Origin: Myxococcota bacterium
Lineage (GTDB): Bacteria > Myxococcota_A > UBA796 > GCA-2862545
Assembly (NCBI GenBank): GCA_039208735.1
Contig: JBCCQY010000087.1
Span: 1-37,089, forward strand
Direction: 5' to 3'
DNA: 37,089 nt
Positions 7,936 to 17,200 of the stretch are shown here, piece after piece. Both the position numbers and the translations under genes were made by a program. Each line of letters opens with the position of its first letter. Positions within the stretch are counted from its first letter, which is position 1. Under the pieces are notes generated by a model that was not told the origin of the DNA, ran no database searches, and worked only from the letters and a program-made list of their open reading frames with translations.

Positions 7936-9558
7936 TTAGTTCTTCCTTCCGTTTTTCAATTGGCTGCTTCGGGTGGAACGAAGCGTGCCTTGCGCGACGC
8001 CGCCAACGGCCGCCCACGGCGCAATATGCTTGAGGCTATCCACCAACTCCCCGTGGGTGCGTAGAGAATCTCCGCTATTGATCTCCCAAATCATGGCCTC
8101 GCCGAGTTCAAACCCGACCCGGCCTACGAGCGAATTCATGACGGGCCTGGCAGAGCGACCAAGCACCTTCTTGGCAACACCACGTGGGATATTGACGAAG
8201 AACGAACCAAACTCCCCTGCGGCATACGCCTCACCGTGCCACTGCCTGCGCATCGCCCGCTCTTGGGTGGCTCGCCACTCGATCTTGGACCAATTGGGCA
8301 GGTCCCGGTACCGAGGCTTGTGCTTTTTGTTGAAGAGCCCGCGGAGCCACTCCCCCGCGTTGCGCATACCAACCGCGACCACCGCAGTCGTCGCAAGCAC
8401 CTCAGGACCTGCACCGAGGACCACGCCATCAGCGAATCCCGCAACGACCGAGCCACCCTTCGTCATCTTCTGGTCTCGAGGGTTGAAGTACTGCTTTACA
8501 AAGAAGTAGCTGGTCTCCCCGCTTATGAGTTGTCCTGAACGGTACACCTTGAAGCCAAGAGGGACCTCGATTCCCTTTCGCCGGTCGGTGGCATGCTGGT
8601 TCAGCAGGGCAACAATATCGAAGGGACCGTAGACCTCACCTCCTCCAAGGTTCACGAGCACATCGCCTTGTTGAAAGGGCAACGGTCGCCCATTGGCGAA
8701 AGACCCCAAGTGGCCCCGGATGCGGACACCGCGTACGACGTGACCGTTACGGTCTTCGGGGATGATCCCCAGCGTGTAAGGGAAAACCTCGGCGTTCCCC
8801 CATTCGCGCTCGCAGGCCATTTGTCGATCCAGGGAGCCGCGAATCGTCCGCGCCCGATGAAGGACGTCCTGCAAGTCCGCTTCACCGTCGACAGGCTGAG
8901 CCAGCTCCGGAATCCAGTCTGGGTCTTGGAAGACGAACTGATGGCGATCTCCGAGCCGCGGAACAGAATGGAACTGGGCTTGGGTTCCGCCTTCATGAAG
9001 TGGACCAGGCAGATGGCGTAGGCCTCGCGTCAAGGCCGTGGCGTCCACCGGAGGCAAGTTGCGGGTCTCGCTCATGCCTACCCACTCAAGAAAGTCGATC
9101 GGCATATCAGAATCCTCGAGCACCGCATCTCGATAGACGAAATGTACGAGGTCCGTGTTCACCGTTTGCGCGTAGACTTCGAACGTCGGCTCGGCGAAGC
9201 GCAACCTGGTTTCGTAACGAAGGCTCTGCCCCGGGTGAAGGGTGAGCCAGGATTTCGTCAGCCACACCTCCCCGGCGACGGGATGTGTCACCGCTACACG
9301 TAGGGGATACACCGTGGCATTGATCAGACGCAGCTCAGCATCGTGGGTATTGAGAACCCAGTACACCGCTGCAGTGATCGTTCCGAGCGAATAGCCCAGC
9401 AACACGGCCCCACCAACCCGCAAGCTGCGTTGGGTCAGCCCGCTGACGCCCCCGACGATCCCAGCCAGGACCACAAGGCTCGTCAGACCGATCAGTACGG
9501 TGTTGCCTTCAATGGACTCACCAACGTAGAGGAACCACTCGAACATACGGCCCCCCAT
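7936..9558 (-). CDS. Membrane protein: two N-terminal TM helices, DUF1036-like domain, PDZ-like domain, Gly/Ala-rich helical C-terminus
   Basis: TM segments LIGLTSLVVLAGIVGGV and GGAVLLGYSLGTITAAVYWVL. LRLINAT..LRVAV...WLTKSWLTLHPGQ...VYA resembles DUF1036. TLGI...GVRI...PFQQGDVLVNLGGGEV resembles PDZ. ATG overlaps the upstream TGA. Confidence 0.7.
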   Translation of the reverse strand: MGGRMFEWFLYVGESIEGNTVLIGLTSLVVLAGIVGGVSGLTQRSLRVGGAVLLGYSLGTITAAVYWVLNTHDAELRLINATVYPLRVAVTHPVAGEVWLTKSWLTLHPGQSLRYETRLRFAEPTFEVYAQTVNTDLVHFVYRDAVLEDSDMPIDFLEWVGMSETRNLPPVDATALTRGLRHLPGPLHEGGTQAQFHSVPRLGDRHQFVFQDPDWIPELAQPVDGEADLQDVLHRARTIRGSLDRQMACEREWGNAEVFPYTLGIIPEDRNGHVVRGVRIRGHLGSFANGRPLPFQQGDVLVNLGGGEVYGPFDIVALLNQHATDRRKGIEVPLGFKVYRSGQLISGETSYFFVKQYFNPRDQKMTKGGSVVAGFADGVVLGAGPEVLATTAVVAVGMRNAGEWLRGLFNKKHKPRYRDLPNWSKIEWRATQERAMRRQWHGEAYAAGEFGSFFVNIPRGVAKKVLGRSARPVMNSLVGRVGFELGEAMIWEINSGDSLRTHGELVDSLKHIAPWAAVGGVAQGTLRSTRSSQLKNGRKN

Positions 9559-9992
9559 CAGTCCAGTAGGATTCCGGCATCGACAAGCAGGTCGAGCCGA
9601 TCCATAAAAACACCAAGCACGACAACCGGTTCCGTTCCCCCATACTCCGCAATTCGGCTGCGCAGATGAGTGGCAAGTTCGGGTGTATAGCGTCCGCGCA
9701 CTGGCGTTTCGTCACTGTACCCCCAGATTTCGTGAATCTCTAGGGCGAGCAGCATGGTGTGTAGATGTTGGCGATCGATTTCGGACCACTTCCCAGAAGG
9801 GGTGGCGTCCGATTCAAGGGCCAACTCTTCGGCCAGGATGATCCGTACGTCATCCACGGCGCTTCGCGGATTGGGTTCGACGTCGATGGGGTCGTCACCA
9901 GGCGAATTCGATACAGTTTCAGGAGTCCATTGGCACGCACTAAACCAAGCCATCGCCATGAATACGGCGAGGACCTTGCAGACCAATTGCAT
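9558..9992 (-). CDS. Small hypothetical lipoprotein
   Basis: MQLVCKVLAVFMAMAWFSA-C lipobox; GGAGAG RBS before ATG 9992; the stop overlaps the next start (TGATG). Confidence 0.7.
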   Translation of the reverse strand: MQLVCKVLAVFMAMAWFSACQWTPETVSNSPGDDPIDVEPNPRSAVDDVRIILAEELALESDATPSGKWSEIDRQHLHTMLLALEIHEIWGYSDETPVRGRYTPELATHLRSRIAEYGGTEPVVVLGVFMDRLDLLVDAGILLD

Positions 9993-10185
9993 CTGCTCTC
10001 CGTCTTTTCGTTGGAGCAACTTGGTTTTGAGTCAGACGACTTGTTCGTCAGTCGTTCAAAGGGCACGAGAGCGTCGTTCGAAGGACATCACCTCCAAGGC
10101 TGCGAGTGCGGCCGACAGCCTAGCGCTACCCCTTTGCCTGGCAAACATCCTGGGCTGTCCGCGTCAGATGCCATTCGTCTTGGAT

Positions 10186-11841
10186 CTACAACTGGAACTC
10201 GTCAGACATCTCACAAAGCGCGTTCCAGTCTTCGAGAAAGCCCCGCACTGTGTCGCGATCGACATGACCTGTGACCGAGATGATCTCCTGATGGATCCCG
10301 AGGCACGCATCCAATACGAACCGCGCCTTGTTGTCCACAATGTAGAATCTAACCAGGCCATGCTCCCGAGCCTTGTCCCAGTCGCACGTGAAGACCTCAA
10401 CGCCACACTTTTGTTGCGCGGCGAGGATGCCCTTGGTCTCTTCCAAAGAAGCCAGCTTCTCATCGAGGAAGAACACGCGTTTCATCGTACCCCCCGCGTC
10501 AACAAACTTCTTCATGAGTCCCATCATGGCTTCGTCCCAGAAGTAGTCCCGCGACGGTAGACTCGCGGCATGCAAGGTCGCACCCGGGTACGAGAGCAAC
10601 ACGTTTCGATACATCGACCGGAACCCTTCATTGACGGGCCTCACACTGACCCGTCTTGTTGTCAGTGCCTCGTGTACCGCGTCGACGGCCTTGCCAAGCA
10701 TTGCGTCCAGTGCTGCGTCCATTCGAACGTGCTCGCGTGCCACGTCGATCACTCCCGCGAGGAGCTTTCGACCTTCCTCCGGGTGGGCGGCAAGCTCATC
10801 TCGAATCACCACGGGAAGACGAGACAGGTAGTCGTCTTCTTCCCGGTATCTTACAATGTTTCGAATCGTTCGATACAACGTTTTCTTCCAGCGCTCCGAC
10901 CGGCTGGACTCGAATTGCCGCAACTCCGCCCGCAACCAGGTGCTCAAGGCATCCCGCAGGGAGCGGAACCGTTCGCACCCGACCAGAGGGTCTGCCAGAC
11001 CCGGTGAAAGAGCGAGCAAAGGGTGGCGCACCGCAATGGAGTGAGCCCATTCCGGCAGCGCTTCCGCTCCGACCAGGACCACTGCGTCCAATTCGTCGTG
11101 AACGGCCCTCGGCGCACTGACATCGGCCAGCTTCCACCAAATGTGATCGGCGTCGCCGCCGGATCGCCAGTTCTGGATGGCCGACCCGAGGGCAAACTCG
11201 TCGCGGGTGAGCAAGGGCACGATGTGAACTCGAAGACCCTTGACGCGAAGGAACACGACACTACGTGCAATCTGCAGCAGCAACGTCTCGCCGTTCGAAG
11301 CTATACCGCTGATTCCCAGCGTATAGATCCGTTCATCGCCGGACTCGATTTCGCGACTTCCATCGGCCGCCCGACGAAGCACGAAGGTGAGATCGGAACG
11401 GAGGGCAGGTTCGACCCCGTTGTCGTGCAAAACGAGGTCGCCCACGATGGAGGACAGCTCGGTCCGTCCGAGGACCTCGAGGCCACGATCCAGCGCATCC
11501 TTGGCCAGCGGTGCGCTTCTGGCTCGATCCCGCTCGTGAACGGGACAGAGGATCTCGATGACGAGGTCACTTGGTTCGGTGCGTACGCCGGCCTTGGTGA
11601 GGCCCGCCGCAAGCTGCCGCAACAACTTCCCAACCTGATTGTCATCCATTTCGTAGAGGAAGCGCATCGATTGTGTATGGGTGCGCCTTCGGCTGACCTC
11701 GCGCGCGACGGTTGATGGTGTCCGCCCATCACAATCCACATACCCCTCGATAAGGGCCTTCACGGATCTGGGACCTCCCTTGTCTCGTAGGGCATGGAGC
11801 CTCCGATCCAGTTCCTTGAAGTCGATTTGGCCGTACCGCAT
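10186..11841 (-). CDS. Hypothetical multidomain regulator: HTH-like N-terminus, degenerate P-loop-like middle, DUF6879/TrmB-PLD-fold-like C-terminus
   Basis: 551-aa ORF with GGAGGGAGG RBS. C-terminal FW...GGTMKRVFFLD...QQKCGVEV...FYIVDN...FLEDWNAL pattern. Middle GISGIASNGETLLL and AVVLVGAEAL. The CDS is confident; the domain calls are tentative. Confidence 0.6.
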   Translation of the reverse strand: MRYGQIDFKELDRRLHALRDKGGPRSVKALIEGYVDCDGRTPSTVAREVSRRRTHTQSMRFLYEMDDNQVGKLLRQLAAGLTKAGVRTEPSDLVIEILCPVHERDRARSAPLAKDALDRGLEVLGRTELSSIVGDLVLHDNGVEPALRSDLTFVLRRAADGSREIESGDERIYTLGISGIASNGETLLLQIARSVVFLRVKGLRVHIVPLLTRDEFALGSAIQNWRSGGDADHIWWKLADVSAPRAVHDELDAVVLVGAEALPEWAHSIAVRHPLLALSPGLADPLVGCERFRSLRDALSTWLRAELRQFESSRSERWKKTLYRTIRNIVRYREEDDYLSRLPVVIRDELAAHPEEGRKLLAGVIDVAREHVRMDAALDAMLGKAVDAVHEALTTRRVSVRPVNEGFRSMYRNVLLSYPGATLHAASLPSRDYFWDEAMMGLMKKFVDAGGTMKRVFFLDEKLASLEETKGILAAQQKCGVEVFTCDWDKAREHGLVRFYIVDNKARFVLDACLGIHQEIISVTGHVDRDTVRGFLEDWNALCEMSDEFQL

Positions 11842-11881
11842 CTGCGACCTCCCTCCAAGCAGTCCGATGAACTAAGCCTGG

Positions 11882-11895
11882 TGTCTCATGAGACA
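11882..11895. promoter_or_regulatory. Perfect 14-bp palindrome TGTCTCATGAGACA, candidate operator
   Basis: Exact self-complement about 40 bp upstream of the 11841 start codon. Confidence 0.5.
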
Positions 11896-11975
11896 AGATC
11901 GGTCTGAATATCTGGTCGCGAGGCGGTTACCACGCCGGAAAGACGGGCGTAAGAGAGATCAGACCTTCCGCCCCA

Positions 11976-12860
11976 TTCGGCCGCTACCACGATGACGGGG
12001 CGCGCGGCCACGGGGGCAGCTCGTTCGTTCGACGTTCCCGAGACGGCAAGCTCCTGCGCGCCGTCGCAGTCAAAGTCCTCACCTCAACGGATCCGGCGTC
12101 ACGTGCCCAGTTCCTCGCAGAGGCCCAGCTGGCCCATCCCAACATTGTGCCCATCTTCGACTACGGTACCAACGACAACCTCACGATCGAGCATTCGCCT
12201 CTTCGGGCCTCGGCAAACATCGCCAACGACGCAATTGCAGTGCTTGTTAGTGGCTTCCAACGACCGTTCGATGCCAACGTCTGGATTCGCGACACCGTGT
12301 TCACGCAGTCGAAGGTGGCTTCGAGCTACGGGCAAAGGTATGCGCCTGAATCTCATCGTTGAGGATGTTCAATTTCCCGAGCTTCCTTCTGCCTTTGTGT
12401 CATCCGTATTTGTTTTCGCCGGCCAGCTCGAAGGGGCCCTTTCCGGACTTGCGCTTCCGGGCGATGTGCGCACGGGAAGTTCCGGTATCTGCTTCCGCAC
12501 CGCAGGCCCGCTGACGCTGGAGGTCAGAGACATCGACGTCTTTGGACATCGGTCGTTGGAGGGAGTGTTCTCTGCAAGCGCCTACGGCGAGTTGAACCTC
12601 CTCATCGAGGACGCTCACTTCTCGAACAACGCCAGTGGCGCACTCTCCGGTGCGATTGGGATTCGAGGAGAACCCGCCATGGTCGAAATTCGCCGACAAC
12701 GATCGAGGAAAAAACCGCTCCCTTGGTCGCCGGACTCCTGGTCGAGGGGTCTGGGGCAAGCGTCGAACTGGATGACGTGGTCGTGCATTCCAACGTCGCC
12801 GAGGATGCGACGGGAGCGGCGGTGTCCGTCCCCGGGGTGCCCTGTCACCGCACCCCTTGA
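11976..12860 (+). pseudogene. Chimeric pseudogene: Ser/Thr kinase N-lobe fragment joined to a frameshifted right-handed beta-helix protein remnant
   Basis: The frame from 11976 reads FGRYHDDGARGHGGSSFVRRSRDGKLLRAVAVKVL...FLAEAQLAHPNIVPIFDYG, with no ATG/GTG/TTG between the stop at 11889 and that fragment. Beta-helix-like text follows across three frames (IRDTVFTQS / LIEDAHFSNNASG..GAI / VELDDVVVHSNVAED..GAAV), with shifts near 12340 and 12696. Confidence 0.7.
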
Positions 12861-12873
12861 ACGTGCTCTCGCC

Positions 12874-14055
12874 CTACGGAGCGTCAACGAACGTGCAAGC
12901 GGTGCCGCGTTCGTCTGTCGGAAAATCGAGTTCAATGTCGCCGAGTTCCTTGACGAAACTCTGATCGCACGCGGGAAGATTCTCGGGATCAAAGGTGAAC
13001 TCCGCCACAAGGCCCGCACGATTCTTTTCGGCTTGTTCCACAGTTCTGTGGAAGCGGACGGTCCAAGTCTGTTCGCCAAAACTCACGGGGCCGTAAAAGC
13101 CGATGGCGCGTCGCTCCACGAACTCCAACAACGCGTCGGCAAACAAGGAACGGACCTGCGCACCGGTAATGCCGCCGTCACCTTCGATGAGTCGGCCACG
13201 CCCGTTGGCGGTCACGATCTGCTCGAAGTCATCATCAGGGCGCTCCTGCAGTGCCAAACCGAAGACCTGGAGCCAATCACGCTCGTTGACCTTTCGGACA
13301 AGCTGCCCCACCCGTTCGACCACGGGCGGTTGGGTGACGGAACAAACCGTCTTGTCACACAGCCCCTTCGGCACCGCGATGTCCCGCTCGCTGGCGTTGT
13401 CCCCACCGTCCGAGAAAACGACGAGAATGTCTGAGTTTCCGTTAATGCTACCGTTGTCGGCAGTACGGTTGGCATCCGCAAGCTGGATCCCATAGTCAAT
13501 CGCCGCATACAGCCGTGTCGCGGCTCCAGCTTTGGGCGCCGTGATCAGGTTGAGATCCTCGACTTGGGGTGGTCCGTTGAGCACGGGCTCAAAGATGAAG
13601 TCGTTGAACCAAACGAACCGCCACGTCAGGATGCCAGGTCGTCCTCGCCAAGTGGTATTCGCATCCGCTACAAGCCCCTGGGCAGACTGAATCATGTCGT
13701 TGAAAATGCCTCGGTCGACCATCGACGTACTGGCGTCGAGCACCAGGGTTACCGAAAGGTCGGATGGCAAGTTGGTCGTGGCGATGCCGCTCGCCCCTTC
13801 CGTCAAAACGTCCTCACCGGTGATGCCTTGGCAGGCTTGCACGCCAGCGGGCTCACCGGTCTTGGGATCCCGACCGACGAAGCCTACGAAGACCGCGGTA
13901 TCGGTCTCCGATTTGTTGTAGCATGCGCCCACTTGATCGAGGGTGACGGCCAGCTGCCCATTCTCAAGTGTGGATGGCATCTCACTGCTCAACACCCCCA
14001 CGCTGGAGCAACCGATGAGGGGGACCAAGGAAAGGAAGACGACACGAGAAACCAT
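12874..14055 (-). CDS. vWA-domain lipoprotein
   Basis: Lipobox LIG-C; MIDAS DASTS, then T in ATRLYAAI and D in LVVFSDG; GGAG RBS. Confidence 0.85.
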   Translation of the reverse strand: MVSRVVFLSLVPLIGCSSVGVLSSEMPSTLENGQLAVTLDQVGACYNKSETDTAVFVGFVGRDPKTGEPAGVQACQGITGEDVLTEGASGIATTNLPSDLSVTLVLDASTSMVDRGIFNDMIQSAQGLVADANTTWRGRPGILTWRFVWFNDFIFEPVLNGPPQVEDLNLITAPKAGAATRLYAAIDYGIQLADANRTADNGSINGNSDILVVFSDGGDNASERDIAVPKGLCDKTVCSVTQPPVVERVGQLVRKVNERDWLQVFGLALQERPDDDFEQIVTANGRGRLIEGDGGITGAQVRSLFADALLEFVERRAIGFYGPVSFGEQTWTVRFHRTVEQAEKNRAGLVAEFTFDPENLPACDQSFVKELGDIELDFPTDERGTACTFVDAP

Positions 14056-14221
14056 GCTCGCTCCACGTTGCGACCCCGCCTAAGAGGCCTGCAACTCCCG
14101 TACTGTCTGAGCAAGTCGTGTCCAGCTCGTGTCGTTTACGGCCTGTGAACGCTTGCTCAGTGGCAGGCGAAGCTTGCGCGAGTCAGATCAGGCTTCGTCG
14201 CCTGCGGCTCCTGCAGCCTGA

Positions 14222-17200
14222 TCACTCTTCCTTGTAGATGAGCACGCGCGCCGCGGCCGCCCGCACCGCTTCGACCGCGACCGCCTGCACGTCGTTTCCT
14301 TTCGCGTTGACAGGGTACTCGGCGCTCGGGCCGTCCTCGCCGGTCCGGCTCAAGAATCCCTCGAAAACGATACCTCCACGGGCCTCGCTGCAGGTTCCAG
14401 TAATCTGCCAGGTCTTCGCGATGGGGTCGCTCTCCCAGTGCACGAAGTTGGCGAAGCTCTGGCCCCCCACCTCACGGAGCCGTGCGTTGAGCGCATCGCC
14501 ACAGCGCAGCGTGTCCTGGCGCCCCCCACGACCTACCACCCGAGCGCTCACCATGACCGGCAGCACCTTGCGGAGCTTAATGGCGCGTCGGTCTTGCGCG
14601 GGAAGCTGCCCCAGCGGAAAGTCAGCCGCACTGCCCCGTCGGGTGACCGGCTCTTGGACGCCACCGATACCCGCCGCGTGCTTTGGCACCTGGGATTCGG
14701 CCCAGGCGAGCCAGCGACTGACCATCAGCAGGTCAGCCTCGTCGAGGGCAGGCCCGAGCATGCCTTCGATGAGCGCGTACGTCAGCACTCCCTGACCGAA
14801 ACGGCTCGCCTCGTAGCTGACTTTGTTGGCCGCCGCACCCGCGAGGAGCCAAGCCCCGGTGCGCTCACGGGACCGCGCATGGGCGCGGATCACATCCGAC
14901 GACAGCGCCGCCCGCGTGGCCGACAGTTCAGCGTCGATCTTGCCTGCAGCGCACGTATCGAGGATGACCACCCGCTTGAGGGCCGGTATCCTCGAGACGG
15001 CAACGGCGAGTTCGTCTCCTGACATGGTGCGAAGAGGGCGAACACTTGGGTCCCGGACATCCTCGAAGGAGCCGGCATCTGGCAACAGATAGAAGTAGTC
15101 ATCGACGTCGCTGTCCGTAAACGCCACCCCGTGGCCACTAAAGTAGATGACGATGGTGTCGAGCGGATCGCTTTGAGCGAGCCACGCAAAGCCTTCCTCA
15201 AGGGCGGCCTTCGACGGTGGGGCATGCACGTCCGGACCCTGGGAGGTCGAAAGGATCCGCACGTGCGTCCGGGCGGCACCGAACCCGCGAGCGCCCGCGA
15301 CGGAAAGCGCCTCGGCGAGCCGGTTCGCGTCGTGTGGAGAGTACTTGAGATCGAGCTTGTCACCTCGGTAGTCCCCGGTTCCTACCGCGAGCACCCAGAG
15401 GTCGGGAGCATCTTCGTTCGCATCGCCCTGGGCGGTGACTTCGATGTCGAGCGCACGCGAACGTAAAATGCCACTGGCACTGAACACTTCGACCCGCAGC
15501 CCGTTCTCACGGCCCGGCATCCAGGTGGGCAGTTCGGCAAGCGACAACGTGCAGGGCTCACCATTTCCGAGATCGGGGCATCCCGACTCGACGACCGAGG
15601 TGACATCACTTCCGTTGAGGGTCGCGAACACCCCGCCGTAGCCGCTGCCCCGGTCTTCGATTCGAAGCTCGAGGATGCCTTCGGGGGTGGGCCCAACGAC
15701 GTGAACCACGGGCGGCGCTTCCACACTTGCAAGCGGCGGGACCTCCCGCAACGGCTCGTCGTTGTGTCCCAGGAGCTTCGCGAGGAGCCCTGGCTCGTAG
15801 TAGCGATCTCGCAGCTGGGCGAGGTCGTAGGGCTGACCATCGATCACCCAGCGAAGCCCGTCGAGCGCGGTGTCGCCCGTATCAAAGCGTCCCTTGGGGT
15901 CCACAACCGCCCAGTTGCCATCGTCGAACATGTAGAGCGAGGCACGAACGTTGCCGGTCTCCTCATCGACAACGACGAGGCCGGCGTCACCAAGGGAGAG
16001 CCAAGGCGGCGGAGTCTCGGTGGGGGGGCGGGCCTTGAAGGACGTGACCTCACCAATGGACTCGCCACTCGACTTCACGCGCCCCCAGTCGATGCGGTCA
16101 CCGATGAACGGCGCACTGCGGTAGCGGTTGATTCGCCATCCTTGGGCCTCGAAGGGATCGGCGACGTAGACCTCACGGCCCATCATGTCGATCGCCGCGC
16201 TGCGAAGGCTCCCACCGCGCTTTTCAAGTTCAAAAAGCGGACGCGAGCCCCATCGGATGTTGTAAAGCGTGGCCATCCGCGAGGTCGTGCCCACAAGCAG
16301 CCCACTGCGATGAAGCTGCAGCGAGCGCACCGACGTGCGACCGATCTCGTATACGCCTCGGACGCCTCCGGTCTGCGGGCTCCACACCGTAGCGTGCCCG
16401 TCATCGTGACCAACCGCGAAGAATTCGGAGGTCGTGGTCAGCATCCGAGGCGCCCGAACCGAGCCCCGCATGGCCGCGACACGCGTGCCATCAGCAAGCG
16501 ACCACACCCCGATGCCGCCGTCGATCTCCGGAGCCGCGACCCTTAGGCCGGCAGCATCCATAAGAAGGCCCCGATCGACAAACGAAGCTGTGACCACGGT
16601 CTGCTGCACCGTGGCCCCATCCCAATGACGAAACGTGGACCGGTCATCCATCGTGACAACCGTCCCGTCGGGAGCGAACGCGGCATCGATCTGTCGACGT
16701 TCCTCCGTCTCGAGAACGAGGGTTGAAACAGGCTCACCGGTGCGGGCGGCCCACACCGTAGCCGTCGCGGTGCGATCTGTGGTCACAACCCGTTTTCCGT
16801 CAGGCGAGATGGCCACCGTCACCGAGCCCTCTGAATCCCCCACCTCCCACGACTGCACTAAGCTGCCCGAGCGGCCCTTGAACACGCCGACGGAGGGGCC
16901 TGCCTCGGAGCCGAGGATCGCGGCAACCCAACGGCCATCCGGCGTCGCGGACTGGGTCGTCACCCGCGTCACCCCTTGGAGGGTACGCCCGCTCCGGCCC
17001 TTGGCTCGCCACAGCGCAGCGCCCTCGCCTTTGTCGACCGCGATGAGACGTGTGCCTTCGTCGACGAACTGCGCAGAGGTCCACGACGCGTCAACCGTGA
17101 CTTCGCTGAGTTGCTCCGCACTCGCCACGTCCCAGGTAAACCAACCTCCACCCGCGGTCGCGGCAACGACCCTCGAACCATTCTCCGTAAAGGCGACCGC

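Noticed and set aside
11992..13434. 480-aa plus-strand ORF
   Set aside because: Only about 12340-12696 looks coding (the middle piece of the pseudogene). The rest is off-frame or antisense to the vWA gene.
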